In this document: positions 1 to 14,806 of the stretch, piece by piece | Numbering within the stretch: position 1 is the first letter of the stretch | Layout of the letters: the number at the start of each line of letters is the position of its first letter | DNA from: Bacillus subtilis subsp. subtilis str. 168 | GTDB taxonomy: Bacteria; Bacillota; Bacilli; Bacillales; Bacillaceae | Direction: 5' to 3' | NCBI RefSeq assembly: GCF_000009045.1 | Contig: NC_000964.3 | Span: 3,472,001 to 3,536,000 of the forward strand | DNA length: 64,000 nucleotides | Program-made: the position numbers and the translations under genes | The notes under the pieces: generated by a model | What the model saw: the letters and a program-made list of their open reading frames with translations, nothing else | Databases searched by the model: none | Told to the model about the DNA's origin: nothing

Positions 1-476
1 AGGGCAATAACGGCGGCTATGCCGATCATGACAGCCGCATAATGACCAATGCCGCTATGTCCGGCGGAAAGGCTCATCACTGTTGCAATCGTTCCGGGCC
101 CAGCAATGATCGGAATGGATAAAGGTGTGACTGATATATCCGCTTTTTCCTTGCTTTCCTTATGTTCATCATGGTGAAGAGATTGCACGTGCGATTCTTT
201 CGCATTCAATAGATTATAGGCAATGCCGAAAATGAATATGCCGCCCGCCACTCGGAGCGCGTGAATGTTGATATCAAACAGTTTAAAGATAAGATGACCG
301 AAAACCAAAAAAGCTGCGAGAATAAAAAAGGATAAAATAGCTGCCTTCCGGGCAATCGCTTTTCTTTCCGCTGCAGTATAGCCTTCTGTCAGCGTCAGAA
401 ATATCGGTACGTTTCCGATCGGATTCGATACTGCGAATAAAGAAATGAAGACGTGAACGATAAATGAGAACATCAT
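1..476 (-). CDS. yvbG: MarC-family membrane protein, 3' end runs off the window
   Basis: Manual translation from ATG 476: MMFSFIVHVFISLFAVSNPIGNVPIF...PLSIPIIAGPGTIATV (MarC motifs NPIG and P-IAGPG). RBS AAGGAGG just upstream. Confidence 0.9.
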   Translation of the reverse strand, partial: MMFSFIVHVFISLFAVSNPIGNVPIFLTLTEGYTAAERKAIARKAAILSFFILAAFLVFGHLIFKLFDINIHALRVAGGIFIFGIAYNLLNAKESHVQSLHHDEHKESKEKADISVTPLSIPIIAGPGTIATVMSLSAGHSGIGHYAAVMIGIAAVIA

Positions 477-625
477 ATACCTCCTTGTTGATAGTCTCTG
501 CACAGGAAATAGAATGATTCTCCACCCTTTTACCCGGAGGCGATTTCCCGGTAAACCTTTATAGCCTGTCAGAAACGCGCCATGCTACAATGAAGTGACA
601 AATTGAATAGGAAGGACGTATACAG

Positions 626-1240
626 ATGTTCAAAAAAATTGCGGCAGATGCCTTGGGCTTATCTGATATCGGAAAAATTATCGAACCTCAGGACTATGAC
701 AAAACAGACGCAGATGACTATGTCATGCATGAAGATAATGAGAAAATTTATTTCTTGATTAAAACAAAAGCAGACGAGTATTGCTTTACGAACCTGGCCC
801 TGATCCATGTGGACGGCGAACGCGCCACTTCCTCAAAACGAACGTTGAAACGCTATCCTTATTCGCAATATAAAATCTCTGACGTTTTTCTTGAAACTGC
901 CGGAAAAGTGGATTTGGATGTTGAAATTAAGTTCAAGCTGGGCGGTGAACAATTCGACATTGATGTCCACAAAGACCAGATTGAAAAGTTAAAAGACCTT
1001 TATAAAGCACTGCTTCGCATCGCTGAAACAACCTATGAAAATGACATTTTAATCAATCAAGCGGAGCAAAGCTTAGATAAAGCAGTGACGATTCTTCACC
1101 ATACCCGCCCTGAGCACGTCAATATTGAAACGCAATACAAAGAGCTGACCGAATTCGGATTCACTTGGCTGACATCCGTTCGCTCGCAGTATCATATTAA
1201 GGATTTTGGGGATGTATTTGAGAAATATATTAATAACTAG
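626..1240 (+). CDS. yvbH: Bacterial PH-domain protein (YvbH family), 204 aa
   Basis: ORF track; EKIYFLIKTKADEYCFTNLALIHVD is typical of bPH; RBS GGAAGG. Confidence 0.85.
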   Translation: MFKKIAADALGLSDIGKIIEPQDYDKTDADDYVMHEDNEKIYFLIKTKADEYCFTNLALIHVDGERATSSKRTLKRYPYSQYKISDVFLETAGKVDLDVEIKFKLGGEQFDIDVHKDQIEKLKDLYKALLRIAETTYENDILINQAEQSLDKAVTILHHTRPEHVNIETQYKELTEFGFTWLTSVRSQYHIKDFGDVFEKYINN

Positions 1241-1242
1241 AT

Positions 1243-1282
1243 AAAAAAAGACACAGCTGCTATCGTGCTCGTGTCTTTTTTT
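1243..1282 (+). terminator. Intrinsic terminator after yvbH
   Basis: AAAAAAAGACAC...GTGTCTTTTTTT inverted repeat with T-tract. Confidence 0.85.
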
Positions 1283-1371
1283 GTATGAATATTGATTACT
1301 TTACAACTTTTTTCTTTTATAATAAAACTATTAGTCTATTTTCCCTATATTACAGATAAAGGAGTTATTTT

Positions 1372-2070
1372 ATGTATTGTCCTCAATGCGGCCATCAAAC
1401 AGATGGCGGAAATTTTTGTGAGAAATGCGGATCACCGCTCCCCGGTCAATCAGGCCACCAGCATGCAGCTCAAACTGGAGCCGCTGCAAAGCAAGCAGCA
1501 AAACAGTTCGGTTCATTTGTCTTATCCGTCCTGAAACGCCCTTATCAGGAATGTAAAGCAACAGGCGGAGAACAGCTGATCAGCGCAATCATTACGATGG
1601 TTCTTTTCAGTTTGCTGACCCCTTTGATGTTTTATATTCTTTTTTCAGACGGTCCCGGAAGCGTAAGCTTTACAGCAATCTTCTTAGAGCCAACCATTTA
1701 TTTTATTTTATTTCTATTTGGCCTGCATGCATGCATCTTTTTCGCCCTGAAAATCGCGGGAAACCAAGTGTCTTTCAAGGATTCATTCTCAAGATTCGGA
1801 GCATTTCTTATTCCTTTTACGGCTATTTTGATTCTTGCCCTTTTCTTCTTTTTATTACATACAGACATTTGCTTTACCATATTAGCCGTTGGTTTAATCG
1901 GTGCATTCTTCGCCATTCCTCCTGCGATGCTGAGCAGTTACCAGCATTCATATAAAGGGAAGGTTGATTTCATTTACTCAACGATTGTGATTTATCTGAT
2001 CATCTGCGTTACATTTCAGCTTATTATCGAACACTATGTCAAAGAAATTTTCCGTTATATGCTCTTTTAA
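1372..2070 (+). CDS. yvbI: Zinc-ribbon multi-TM membrane protein, 232 aa
   Basis: N-terminal CPQC...CEKC followed by about five hydrophobic segments; RBS AAAGGAG. Confidence 0.85.
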   Translation: MYCPQCGHQTDGGNFCEKCGSPLPGQSGHQHAAQTGAAAKQAAKQFGSFVLSVLKRPYQECKATGGEQLISAIITMVLFSLLTPLMFYILFSDGPGSVSFTAIFLEPTIYFILFLFGLHACIFFALKIAGNQVSFKDSFSRFGAFLIPFTAILILALFFFLLHTDICFTILAVGLIGAFFAIPPAMLSSYQHSYKGKVDFIYSTIVIYLIICVTFQLIIEHYVKEIFRYMLF

Positions 2071-2107
2071 AAACAACCCCATCACCTGCTGGTGATGGGG
2101 TTGTTTT
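2070..2107. terminator. Bidirectional terminator between yvbI and yvbJ
   Basis: Perfect 17-bp inverted repeat AAAACAACCCCATCACC-tgct-GGTGATGGGGTTGTTTT touching both stop codons. Confidence 0.9.
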
Positions 2108-3923
2108 ATTGAATAGACGTTAAGTAAATTCTTCCGTTCTTCACTACGCCGGTGTAGGTCCAGTTATATGTTCTGAGCTTTGGACTGCCGCCTGATTTTG
2201 TGATATAGAATTCTTCATACGTCTTAATCGTGATAGCCGACCCATTTTGGCTCCAGCTTTTCACTTCATAGTTATTAAAGTCTTCTGTTGTCCCCTCTTT
2301 ATTTAATTTCGACACGAGATGCTGCTGGTCGGAATAAAGGGAACTGCCTTTTTCAAGGCTGTCTTCCATCAGTGAGAAATTATTTTGATTCACGGCATCT
2401 GCCTGACTTTGCAGATAACTGCCCATAAATAATGTCACTTGTTCATCTGTAACATCGCCGCTTGCAGAGCTTTCACTGCCTTTGTTTTTCGAGCCAGCCC
2501 AGGCGGAAGTGTATGTCTCTGGTTTATCATTTTTGATTTTCTTTATATTTGTGCCTGCAGATTCGAATGTTGATTCTGCATCTTCGAAAATCCACTTTTT
2601 CTGTTTTTTATCATATGAAAGAAGATATTCATAACTCGGACTGTCGTCAGTCATTTCAGACTTTGTATAGTCGTTATACGAAGAAGACTGGTGAAGTTCT
2701 TTTCCTGTTACCGATACCTGCCACGTTCCGTCGTTTTTCTGAGAGAGGGCAAATGTGTCCAGGTCAAAATCAGTTTCCAAGTATCTATCTTTTAAGTATG
2801 AATCCGCGCTTTTCATAGAATCGACGGTGTCCTTCGTCTCCGCCTTCCAATTGGCACTTGCCTCTGTCATCTGGGCTGTATTCCCATCAGATAGAGCTTT
2901 GGAGTATTGTTTTGTTGTTTTGACAATTGTGTTCATAATCTGTTCCTGTGTATCTTGATCAGGAATTAACGTTAACTCCATTTCTTTATCATCGATCGGA
3001 ACGCCGGCAGTTTTTGTTTTTCCCCACGGAAATTCTGCCTCGACTGAAGCTGTCATTGATCCATCTGTCAGCAGCGGACCATATGTTACGGATTTGAACG
3101 GATCTTTATGAATTGATTTACCGTTAATCAGCAAATCTCCCTTCCCGCTCTTGATGTCATTCGCTAAGCTGAATGTCACATCGTCTGCTTCCAATGAGAG
3201 ATCAACACGAAAGCTGCTATCGCCAATCGCCTGAATGTCTTCCTTTTTCACAAGGTCAACGACATCGTTTTTCAGTTTGGCTGAGACTGTATATTCGCCG
3301 GGAATGTACGGACCAAGGGTTTGTGCTTGATCTGCTTTCTTTACAGATCCGGCTTCCTCTTTATTGACATATAGATCGGTATTTTTATAATTGCTGCTCA
3401 CTTCAAAATAAACAGGTGCTACCTTTAAGTCATAATGGTCAAATACCAGCAGGCTTTTCCCGTCTTTTTCCGCATATACGATATCCTTCTGGGCTGTTTC
3501 ATCACGCAGCGATGCAAAAAGTTCATCTTTTTTGTCTGGATGATCCTTCAAATATGTAAGAAACGGTTTTACATTATTTTTAGTGAGTTTAAGATTGTCA
3601 TTTACCGGTGTAAGCAGAGTCGCGATTTGGTCCTGATCCCCATCATTTACGGCCTGTTCAAACTTGTCTACTAACCTATCCTTTGAAGTAAAATACGCTC
3701 CGGTTTTATATGCGGCGAATAATATAACGCACGCCGCGGCAATGCTGCTCCATAAAATGATGGTTTTCTTAGGGATCGGTTTTCGCGGAGCCTGCCTCGT
3801 TTCTGCAGTGCTAGCTGTTTCTTGATTTGCCTGTTTGCTGCCCCCTCCGATCGGGGTGCCGCATTGTTTACAAAACTTGGCTCCTTCATTATTCTGGGAG
3901 CCGCAATTCTTACAAAATAACAT
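2106..3923 (-). CDS. yvbJ: Zinc-ribbon, single-TM protein with large extracytoplasmic region (TcaA-like), 605 aa
   Basis: CKNC...CKQC N-terminus, one TM (IILWSSIAAACVILFAAY), long polar C-terminal part; RBS AGGAGG. Confidence 0.85.
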   Translation of the reverse strand: MLFCKNCGSQNNEGAKFCKQCGTPIGGGSKQANQETASTAETRQAPRKPIPKKTIILWSSIAAACVILFAAYKTGAYFTSKDRLVDKFEQAVNDGDQDQIATLLTPVNDNLKLTKNNVKPFLTYLKDHPDKKDELFASLRDETAQKDIVYAEKDGKSLLVFDHYDLKVAPVYFEVSSNYKNTDLYVNKEEAGSVKKADQAQTLGPYIPGEYTVSAKLKNDVVDLVKKEDIQAIGDSSFRVDLSLEADDVTFSLANDIKSGKGDLLINGKSIHKDPFKSVTYGPLLTDGSMTASVEAEFPWGKTKTAGVPIDDKEMELTLIPDQDTQEQIMNTIVKTTKQYSKALSDGNTAQMTEASANWKAETKDTVDSMKSADSYLKDRYLETDFDLDTFALSQKNDGTWQVSVTGKELHQSSSYNDYTKSEMTDDSPSYEYLLSYDKKQKKWIFEDAESTFESAGTNIKKIKNDKPETYTSAWAGSKNKGSESSASGDVTDEQVTLFMGSYLQSQADAVNQNNFSLMEDSLEKGSSLYSDQQHLVSKLNKEGTTEDFNNYEVKSWSQNGSAITIKTYEEFYITKSGGSPKLRTYNWTYTGVVKNGRIYLTSIQ

Positions 3924-4042
3924 GACTTTCCTCCTATTCTACTAATTTGATAACATTTACTGCTTTTCATATTTTATAATAAAACAGAATGAAATTGGGA
4001 ACGAATGAAAAAATTAAATGTCTATCAGACTAAAAAGGTGGA

Positions 4043-4510
4043 ATGAATATGCAAAAGCTCAGGATTGAATTAGGAGAAGAAACAAATGACGAATTATATG
4101 ATCTATTGCTGCTCGCCGATCCATCGAAAGACATTGTAGATGAATATCTTGAGAGGGGAGAATGTTACACAGCTTGGGCCGGTGATGAGCTTGCAGGGGT
4201 TTATGTATTGCTAAAAACAAGGCCGCAAACAGTTGAAATTGTAAATATTGCGGTAAAAGAATCTCTTCAGAAGAAAGGCTTTGGCAAACAGCTTGTACTT
4301 GACGCCATCGAAAAAGCGAAGAAGCTGGGGGCGGACACGATTGAAATCGGAACGGGGAATTCGAGCATTCATCAGCTTTCCCTCTATCAAAAATGCGGAT
4401 TCCGCATTCAGGCGATCGACCACGATTTCTTTCTCAGACATTATGATGAGGACATTTTTGAAAACGGGATTCAATGCCGCGATATGGTAAGGCTTTATTT
4501 GGATCTCTGA
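4043..4510 (+). CDS. yvbK: GNAT acetyltransferase (ATG 4049 fits the RBS better)
   Basis: NIAVKESLQKKGFGKQL acetyl-CoA motif A and LYQKCGF motif B. Confidence 0.88.
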   Translation: MNMQKLRIELGEETNDELYDLLLLADPSKDIVDEYLERGECYTAWAGDELAGVYVLLKTRPQTVEIVNIAVKESLQKKGFGKQLVLDAIEKAKKLGADTIEIGTGNSSIHQLSLYQKCGFRIQAIDHDFFLRHYDEDIFENGIQCRDMVRLYLDL

Positions 4511-4516
4511 AAGCAT

Positions 4517-4553
4517 AAAAAAGCCGCCGAGAGAAAATCCCGGCGGTCTTTTT
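4517..4553. terminator. Bidirectional terminator between yvbK and eno
   Basis: AAAAAAGCCGCCG...CGGCGGTCTTTTT. Confidence 0.85.
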
Positions 4554-4554
4554 A

Positions 4555-5871
<1,317 letters not shown>

Positions 5872-5876
5872 TCAAA

Positions 5877-8196
<2,320 letters not shown>

Positions 8197-9381
8197 TTAT
8201 TTATCGTTCAGTGCAGCTACCCCTGGAAGCTCTTTGCCTTCCATAAACTCAAGGGATGCGCCGCCGCCTGTTGAGATGTGGCTCATTTTGTCAGCAAGGC
8301 CGAATTTTTCAACCGCTGCCGCAGAGTCTCCTCCGCCGATGACAGAGTATGTATCTTTCGCCTCTGCCAATGCTTCCGCAACCGCTTTTGTTCCTTGAGC
8401 GAACAAGTCGATTTCGAATACGCCCATTGGTCCGTTCCACACGACAAGTTTGCTGTTTTTGATGACGTCAGCATACGTTTCGCGTGTTTTCGTACCAATG
8501 TCGATTGCTTCTAAATCACTAGGGATTTCAGAGATCGGCACAATTTTCACGTTTGCATCGTTAGAGAAATCATCTGCAACGAGTACATCTTCAGGCATGT
8601 AGAAGTTAACGCCTTTTTCTTTAGCGCGGTCCATAAATGATTTCGCAAGCTCGATTTTATCCTCTTCAAGAAGAGATTTCCCGACTTCATAGCCAAGCGC
8701 TTTTACGAAAGTATAAGCAAGACCTCCGCCGATGATCAGGTTGTCTACTTTATCAAGAAGACTTTCGATTACACCGATTTTGTCTTTTACTTTCGCTCCG
8801 CCGATGATCGCTGTGAACGGGCGGTCAGGATTGGAAACCGCTTTTCCAAGTACATCAAGCTCTTTTTCCATTAAGAAACCTGCAACTGCTGGCAGATGCT
8901 CGGCAATTCCAGCTGTAGATGCGTGAGCACGGTGGGCAGCACCGAATGCGTCATTTACATATACATCTGCAAGCTCAGCAAATGCTTTTGCAAGCTCAGG
9001 ATCATTTTTCTCTTCACCAGGATAGAAACGTACGTTTTCCAATACAAGAACGTCTCCGTCCTTCATCTCAGAAATTTGTGCTTTTACAGCATCGCCGTAT
9101 GCTTCATCCGCTTTTTTCACTTCTTTGCCAAGCAGTTCGCCGAGACGTGCAGCGACAGGAGTTAAACGAAGCTCCTCAACCACTTCGCCTTTCGGGCGGC
9201 CTAAGTGGCTCGCAAGAAGGACTTTTGCGCCTTGGTCTGCAAGGTGTTTGATTGTTGGAAGCGCAGCACGGATACGTGTATCGTCTGTTACTTCCCCGTC
9301 TTTCATTGGAACGTTAAAGTCAACGCGGCAGAATACAACTTTGCCTTTTACGTCGATGTCTTTGAGAGTTTTTTTATTCAT
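8197..9381 (-). CDS. pgk: Phosphoglycerate kinase, 394 aa
   Basis: RVDFNVP, SHLGRP and [11 protein letters not shown] motifs; ATG 9381 with GAAGGAGG RBS. Confidence 0.99.
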   Translation of the reverse strand: MNKKTLKDIDVKGKVVFCRVDFNVPMKDGEVTDDTRIRAALPTIKHLADQGAKVLLASHLGRPKGEVVEELRLTPVAARLGELLGKEVKKADEAYGDAVKAQISEMKDGDVLVLENVRFYPGEEKNDPELAKAFAELADVYVNDAFGAAHRAHASTAGIAEHLPAVAGFLMEKELDVLGKAVSNPDRPFTAIIGGAKVKDKIGVIESLLDKVDNLIIGGGLAYTFVKALGYEVGKSLLEEDKIELAKSFMDRAKEKGVNFYMPEDVLVADDFSNDANVKIVPISEIPSDLEAIDIGTKTRETYADVIKNSKLVVWNGPMGVFEIDLFAQGTKAVAEALAEAKDTYSVIGGGDSAAAVEKFGLADKMSHISTGGGASLEFMEGKELPGVAALNDK

Positions 9382-9602
9382 GCCTAGGAGATCCTCCTTC
9401 AAAATGGTTTGCATACAGCACGAAAAACGTGAAACCGTCTGTTCAAGCGATAACTCCGCTAGGGCAGATCGCAGTCTTTTTCGGCACAGGGCAGTTCGTC
9501 TAAAAGCCAGGGCAGCGGCCTTAGGCGAAAGCGCCGGCAAAGCTGCTTAAAACGCGGTCGTTTCTCTATCACAGAGCGTTTTCTGAAAGCCGGTCTTCAT
9601 GG

Positions 9603-9634
9603 AAAAAGGGAAAGGGAGTCCGTCCCCTTCCCTT
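9603..9634 (-). terminator. Probably leaky intrinsic terminator after gapA
   Basis: Minus strand AAGGGAAGGGGA-cggac-TCCCTTTCCCTT followed by only a short U-run. Confidence 0.7.
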
Positions 9635-9644
9635 GTCCGCTTTC

Positions 9645-9673
9645 ATTATAGCGCTTCTATTCGAAAGAACCAA
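9645..9673 (-). promoter_or_regulatory. SigA-type promoter upstream of pgk
   Basis: TTGGTT-17 nt-TATAAT on the minus strand. Confidence 0.55.
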
Positions 9674-9697
9674 GTCAGGTCCTTTTTCAGCTATAAA

Positions 9698-10738
<1,041 letters not shown>

Positions 10739-10751
10739 TTATATTGAGGGA

Positions 10752-11774
10752 TTATTCATCCCTTAATAACTTCTTTGCGGCTCCTTCGTCTGTGACGAGA
10801 ACCGTGTTGCGTGGCTTTTTAAAGTAAGCCTCGATCGCTTCGGCTTTTGATGATCCGCCCGCTACCGCAATAATATCGGGGATGGCGTCTATGTCATCCA
10901 GCTGCATTCCGACAGAATGCACTTTGTGAACCACTTCGCCGTCCGCGTTAAAATAGTAGCCGAACGCTTCCGTCACCGCGTCGTTATCATCTATTTTCTT
11001 TAAATCTTCTAAAGGCGTGTTTCTGCGCTGAGCCATAGTTTTAGCTTCGCCGATTCCGTGAACCAGCATACTCGCTGATTTAATGGTGTTCAGCACCTCT
11101 TTGACAGAAGGCTCTTCAATAATAGATGAATAGGCGCCTTGTGACAGCTGTCCCGGAACAAACAAAAGCCGGTAAGTGCCTGAAGCCTTCTCCGCCATAT
11201 GCGCGCATATGGTGTTCGCCTGGTTTTTCACGTCTTCGCCTAAACCGCCTCTTGCAGGCACAAACAAAAGCTCGCGGTTTTTAGAATCCGGCGTCATCAT
11301 TTCGGCGACAGCTTCAATTGTCGTACCGCCAGTTACAGCGACGATATTTTTGCCTGAAAATCTTTTTTTCATACATGCGACAGCCGCTCTTCCCATTTCT
11401 TTTTTGACCCATGGGGATTGATCGCTGTCTCCGGATACGATAATGGCATCCTTTAGATTTAAACGTTCTTTTAATGTCTTTTCCAAAAGAGTCAAACCTA
11501 AAACATCTTTCATCGTATCTTCCAAAACAGAAAGCAGTTCATAGCCCTCTTCTGTCAATGTCATGCCGTTTGTCTTAATATCGACCAGGTTCTGTTCCTT
11601 TAAAAACTGAACCTCGCCCCTCAGCACACGCTCGCTGATTCCGAGACTGGCAGACAGGCTTCTTCGCCCGATGGGTTCTGTCAGCCTGATATACTGCAAG
11701 ATTTCAAACCTCTTTTGCATAACGAGCAGAAGATCAGGCAATAATTTTTTTTGAGCTTGTATTAACTGGTTCAT
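10752..11774 (-). CDS. cggR: Central glycolytic genes repressor (SorC family)
   Basis: N-terminal HTH (PIGRRSLSASL) plus sugar-binding domain; directly upstream of gapA. Confidence 0.97.
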   Translation of the reverse strand: MNQLIQAQKKLLPDLLLVMQKRFEILQYIRLTEPIGRRSLSASLGISERVLRGEVQFLKEQNLVDIKTNGMTLTEEGYELLSVLEDTMKDVLGLTLLEKTLKERLNLKDAIIVSGDSDQSPWVKKEMGRAAVACMKKRFSGKNIVAVTGGTTIEAVAEMMTPDSKNRELLFVPARGGLGEDVKNQANTICAHMAEKASGTYRLLFVPGQLSQGAYSSIIEEPSVKEVLNTIKSASMLVHGIGEAKTMAQRRNTPLEDLKKIDDNDAVTEAFGYYFNADGEVVHKVHSVGMQLDDIDAIPDIIAVAGGSSKAEAIEAYFKKPRNTVLVTDEGAAKKLLRDE

Positions 11775-11802
11775 GACTCAAACGTTCCTTCCTTTTTTGC
11801 TG

Positions 11803-11838
11803 GACATTATATGTCCCGCTATGACAAAAAACGTCCCG
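11803..11838 (-). promoter_or_regulatory. CggR operator (two direct repeats)
   Basis: CGGGAC-N6-TGTC twice on the minus strand (CGGGACGTTTTTTGTC-ATAG-CGGGACATATAATGTC), between promoter and cggR start. Confidence 0.9.
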
Positions 11839-11875
11839 TCATAGCCAAAAAAAATCATTTCTGCTTTCTTTAATT

Positions 11876-11904
11876 ATTTTAACAGGGTGGAATTGTTTAT
11901 TCAA
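11876..11904 (-). promoter_or_regulatory. SigA promoter of the cggR-gapA operon
   Basis: TTGAAT-17-TAAAAT. Confidence 0.8.
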
Positions 11905-12028
11905 CTGTTAAGAGCCAATTCATCGACAATATTCGCAGAGTTTTCATGCCGCGTCGTTTTATCCAGCAATATTTTATCCTATATATCTTTATCTTATACA
12001 GAAAGCGCCAAATGGTGCATCCCAATAT

Positions 12029-12058
12029 AAACAGCCCTTCCCGTAGAAAGGGCTGTTT
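12029..12058 (-). terminator. araE terminator
   Basis: AAACAGCCCTT...AAGGGCTGTTT inverted repeat. Confidence 0.8.
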
Positions 12059-12071
12059 CATTAAAGCGTTT

Positions 12072-13466
12072 TCATTTTATCCAAAGCTTTTCAATTTCCT
12101 CGAGCGATTTGTTCTTCGTTTCTGGACAGATCGTAACGACAAACAGGAAACAAAGGATGTTAATCACCGCAAAGATCCAAAATGTATAGGCGAGCCCGAA
12201 AGAATCGATCATCATTGGCACAAACTGTCCGATCGCCCAGTTTGCTCCCCATAAAAAGATGGTCGCAATGCCCGCGGCCCGCGCACGCAGATGGTTCGGG
12301 AAGATTTCAGAAATCATAATCCATGTGATCGGTCCGACCGAGACACAGAAAGCAGCGACAAAACCTAATATAAGGACGATCATCATGATCCCGCTTGTTA
12401 ACTCAAAATAAAACGACGTCCCGATTAAAATCATAAAAATAGCCATAAAAGCAGAACCGATGGACATCAGTTTTTTTCGTCCGACTTTATCAATCAGCAA
12501 CACCGCAATAACGGTAAAAATAACTTCTACAACCCCGACGATACAAGTCGTCACAAATCCGGCGTTTTGCCCGAATCCCATCATTTTAAAGATTTCCGGC
12601 CCGTAGTAAGTAATCGCGTTCATGCCGATGACTTGGTTAAACAGCGCCAGCAGGATTCCAATGACAAGCGCCTTTCTGAGACCCGGCTTAAACAGCTGGG
12701 AGAGCGACCCCATTTGTTCTATTTTTAAAGAGTTCTCAATGTTCTTTAATTCTTCTTTTGCAACAGTTTCTCCATTAATACGTGTCAGGATCTTTAAAGC
12801 TTCATTTGTTTTGCCCGCTTTCGCCAGCCATCTCGGACTTTCCGGGACGACGAGCAGGACAAGGAAAAAAATGACGGATGGCACCATTCCATAAGCAAGC
12901 ATCCATCTCCAGCCGGTGTGCACGCCCCATTCGTATGTTCCGGACCGCTGCACAGCTAGATTAATAAAGTATGTTGCGGAAATACCCAGTATCGTAAAGA
13001 GCTGATATAACGAAGATAAACTTCCGCGTATAGCGGGCGGTGCCGCTTCTGTAATATACGTAACAGAGAGCGATGAGCCCATCCCGATTCCCAGCCCCCC
13101 GATAATCCTTGCAATGATTAAGGTGGACACGTCTTGAGAAAGCGCTGAAACGATTGCTGATATCGCAAATAACAAAGCGGCTGTCATTAAAATTTTTCTC
13201 CGGCCGAATCTGTCACTTAAAAATCCGGATATCCCGACGCCCACAACTCCTCCAATCATAATGCTTGAAATGACAAGTCCCTCCATAAACGGACTCAGGC
13301 TGTATAAATCTTTCAGAAAACCGATGGCGCCAGAAATCACTGCCGTGTCATAGCCATACAATAAGCCGCCAAGCCCCGCCGCACATGAGATCAAAATGAC
13401 AAATCCCATTGAATGGCTTCTTGTTACAGGAACATTTGGTTCTAATTGAGTTGGAGTATTCTTCAT
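12072..13466 (-). CDS. araE: Arabinose/xylose/galactose:H+ symporter (MFS sugar porter)
   Basis: 12 TM segments; DRFGRRK, PESPRW and PETKNK sugar-porter motifs; divergent from araR. Confidence 0.96.
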   Translation of the reverse strand: MKNTPTQLEPNVPVTRSHSMGFVILISCAAGLGGLLYGYDTAVISGAIGFLKDLYSLSPFMEGLVISSIMIGGVVGVGISGFLSDRFGRRKILMTAALLFAISAIVSALSQDVSTLIIARIIGGLGIGMGSSLSVTYITEAAPPAIRGSLSSLYQLFTILGISATYFINLAVQRSGTYEWGVHTGWRWMLAYGMVPSVIFFLVLLVVPESPRWLAKAGKTNEALKILTRINGETVAKEELKNIENSLKIEQMGSLSQLFKPGLRKALVIGILLALFNQVIGMNAITYYGPEIFKMMGFGQNAGFVTTCIVGVVEVIFTVIAVLLIDKVGRKKLMSIGSAFMAIFMILIGTSFYFELTSGIMMIVLILGFVAAFCVSVGPITWIMISEIFPNHLRARAAGIATIFLWGANWAIGQFVPMMIDSFGLAYTFWIFAVINILCFLFVVTICPETKNKSLEEIEKLWIK

Positions 13467-13489
13467 TTCCCTGCCCTCCCGAATGTTGA

Positions 13490-13503
13490 GTAAAGCGTTT
13501 TCA
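13490..13503 (-). promoter_or_regulatory. cre (CcpA) site in the araE leader
   Basis: TGAAAACGCTTTAC on the minus strand. Confidence 0.8.
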
Positions 13504-13514
13504 TTTAAACCTTC

Positions 13515-13573
13515 AATTGTACGTACTTATATTAAAATTTAACGAAAATTACATTTAATTAGTACGTACAAAT
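13515..13573. promoter_or_regulatory. Two AraR operators for araE, 43 bp apart
   Basis: AATTGTACGTACTTAT (13515-13530) and ATTAGTACGTACAAAT (13558-13573) match the ATTTGTACGTACAAAT consensus. Confidence 0.85.
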
Positions 13574-13582
13574 ATAGAATAA

Positions 13583-14756
<1,174 letters not shown>

Positions 14757-14758
<2 letters not shown>

Positions 14759-14800
14759 AAAAAGCAATGTATGGGTCTCCCCGCTACATTGCTTTTTTTA
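14757..14800. terminator. Bidirectional terminator between araR and yvbT
   Basis: A8GCAATGTA...TACATTGCT7 inverted repeat. Confidence 0.88.
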
Positions 14801-14806
14801 TAGCTG

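Noticed and set aside
283-525. 80-aa minus-strand ORF in the track
   Set aside because: Out-of-frame overlap with yvbG, which has the RBS and MarC motifs.
9382-9540. 53-codon in-frame N-terminal extension of pgk from TTG 9540
   Set aside because: No SD at the TTG, a strong GAAGGAGG precedes ATG 9381, and the extension is not PGK-like.
9629-9658. cre-like fragments (TGAAAGCG, AAGCGCT) near the pgk promoter
   Set aside because: Only half-site matches to the 14-bp consensus.
11946-12254. 102-aa plus-strand ORF in the cggR-araE spacer
   Set aside because: Crosses the araE terminator, is antisense to araE, and lacks an RBS.
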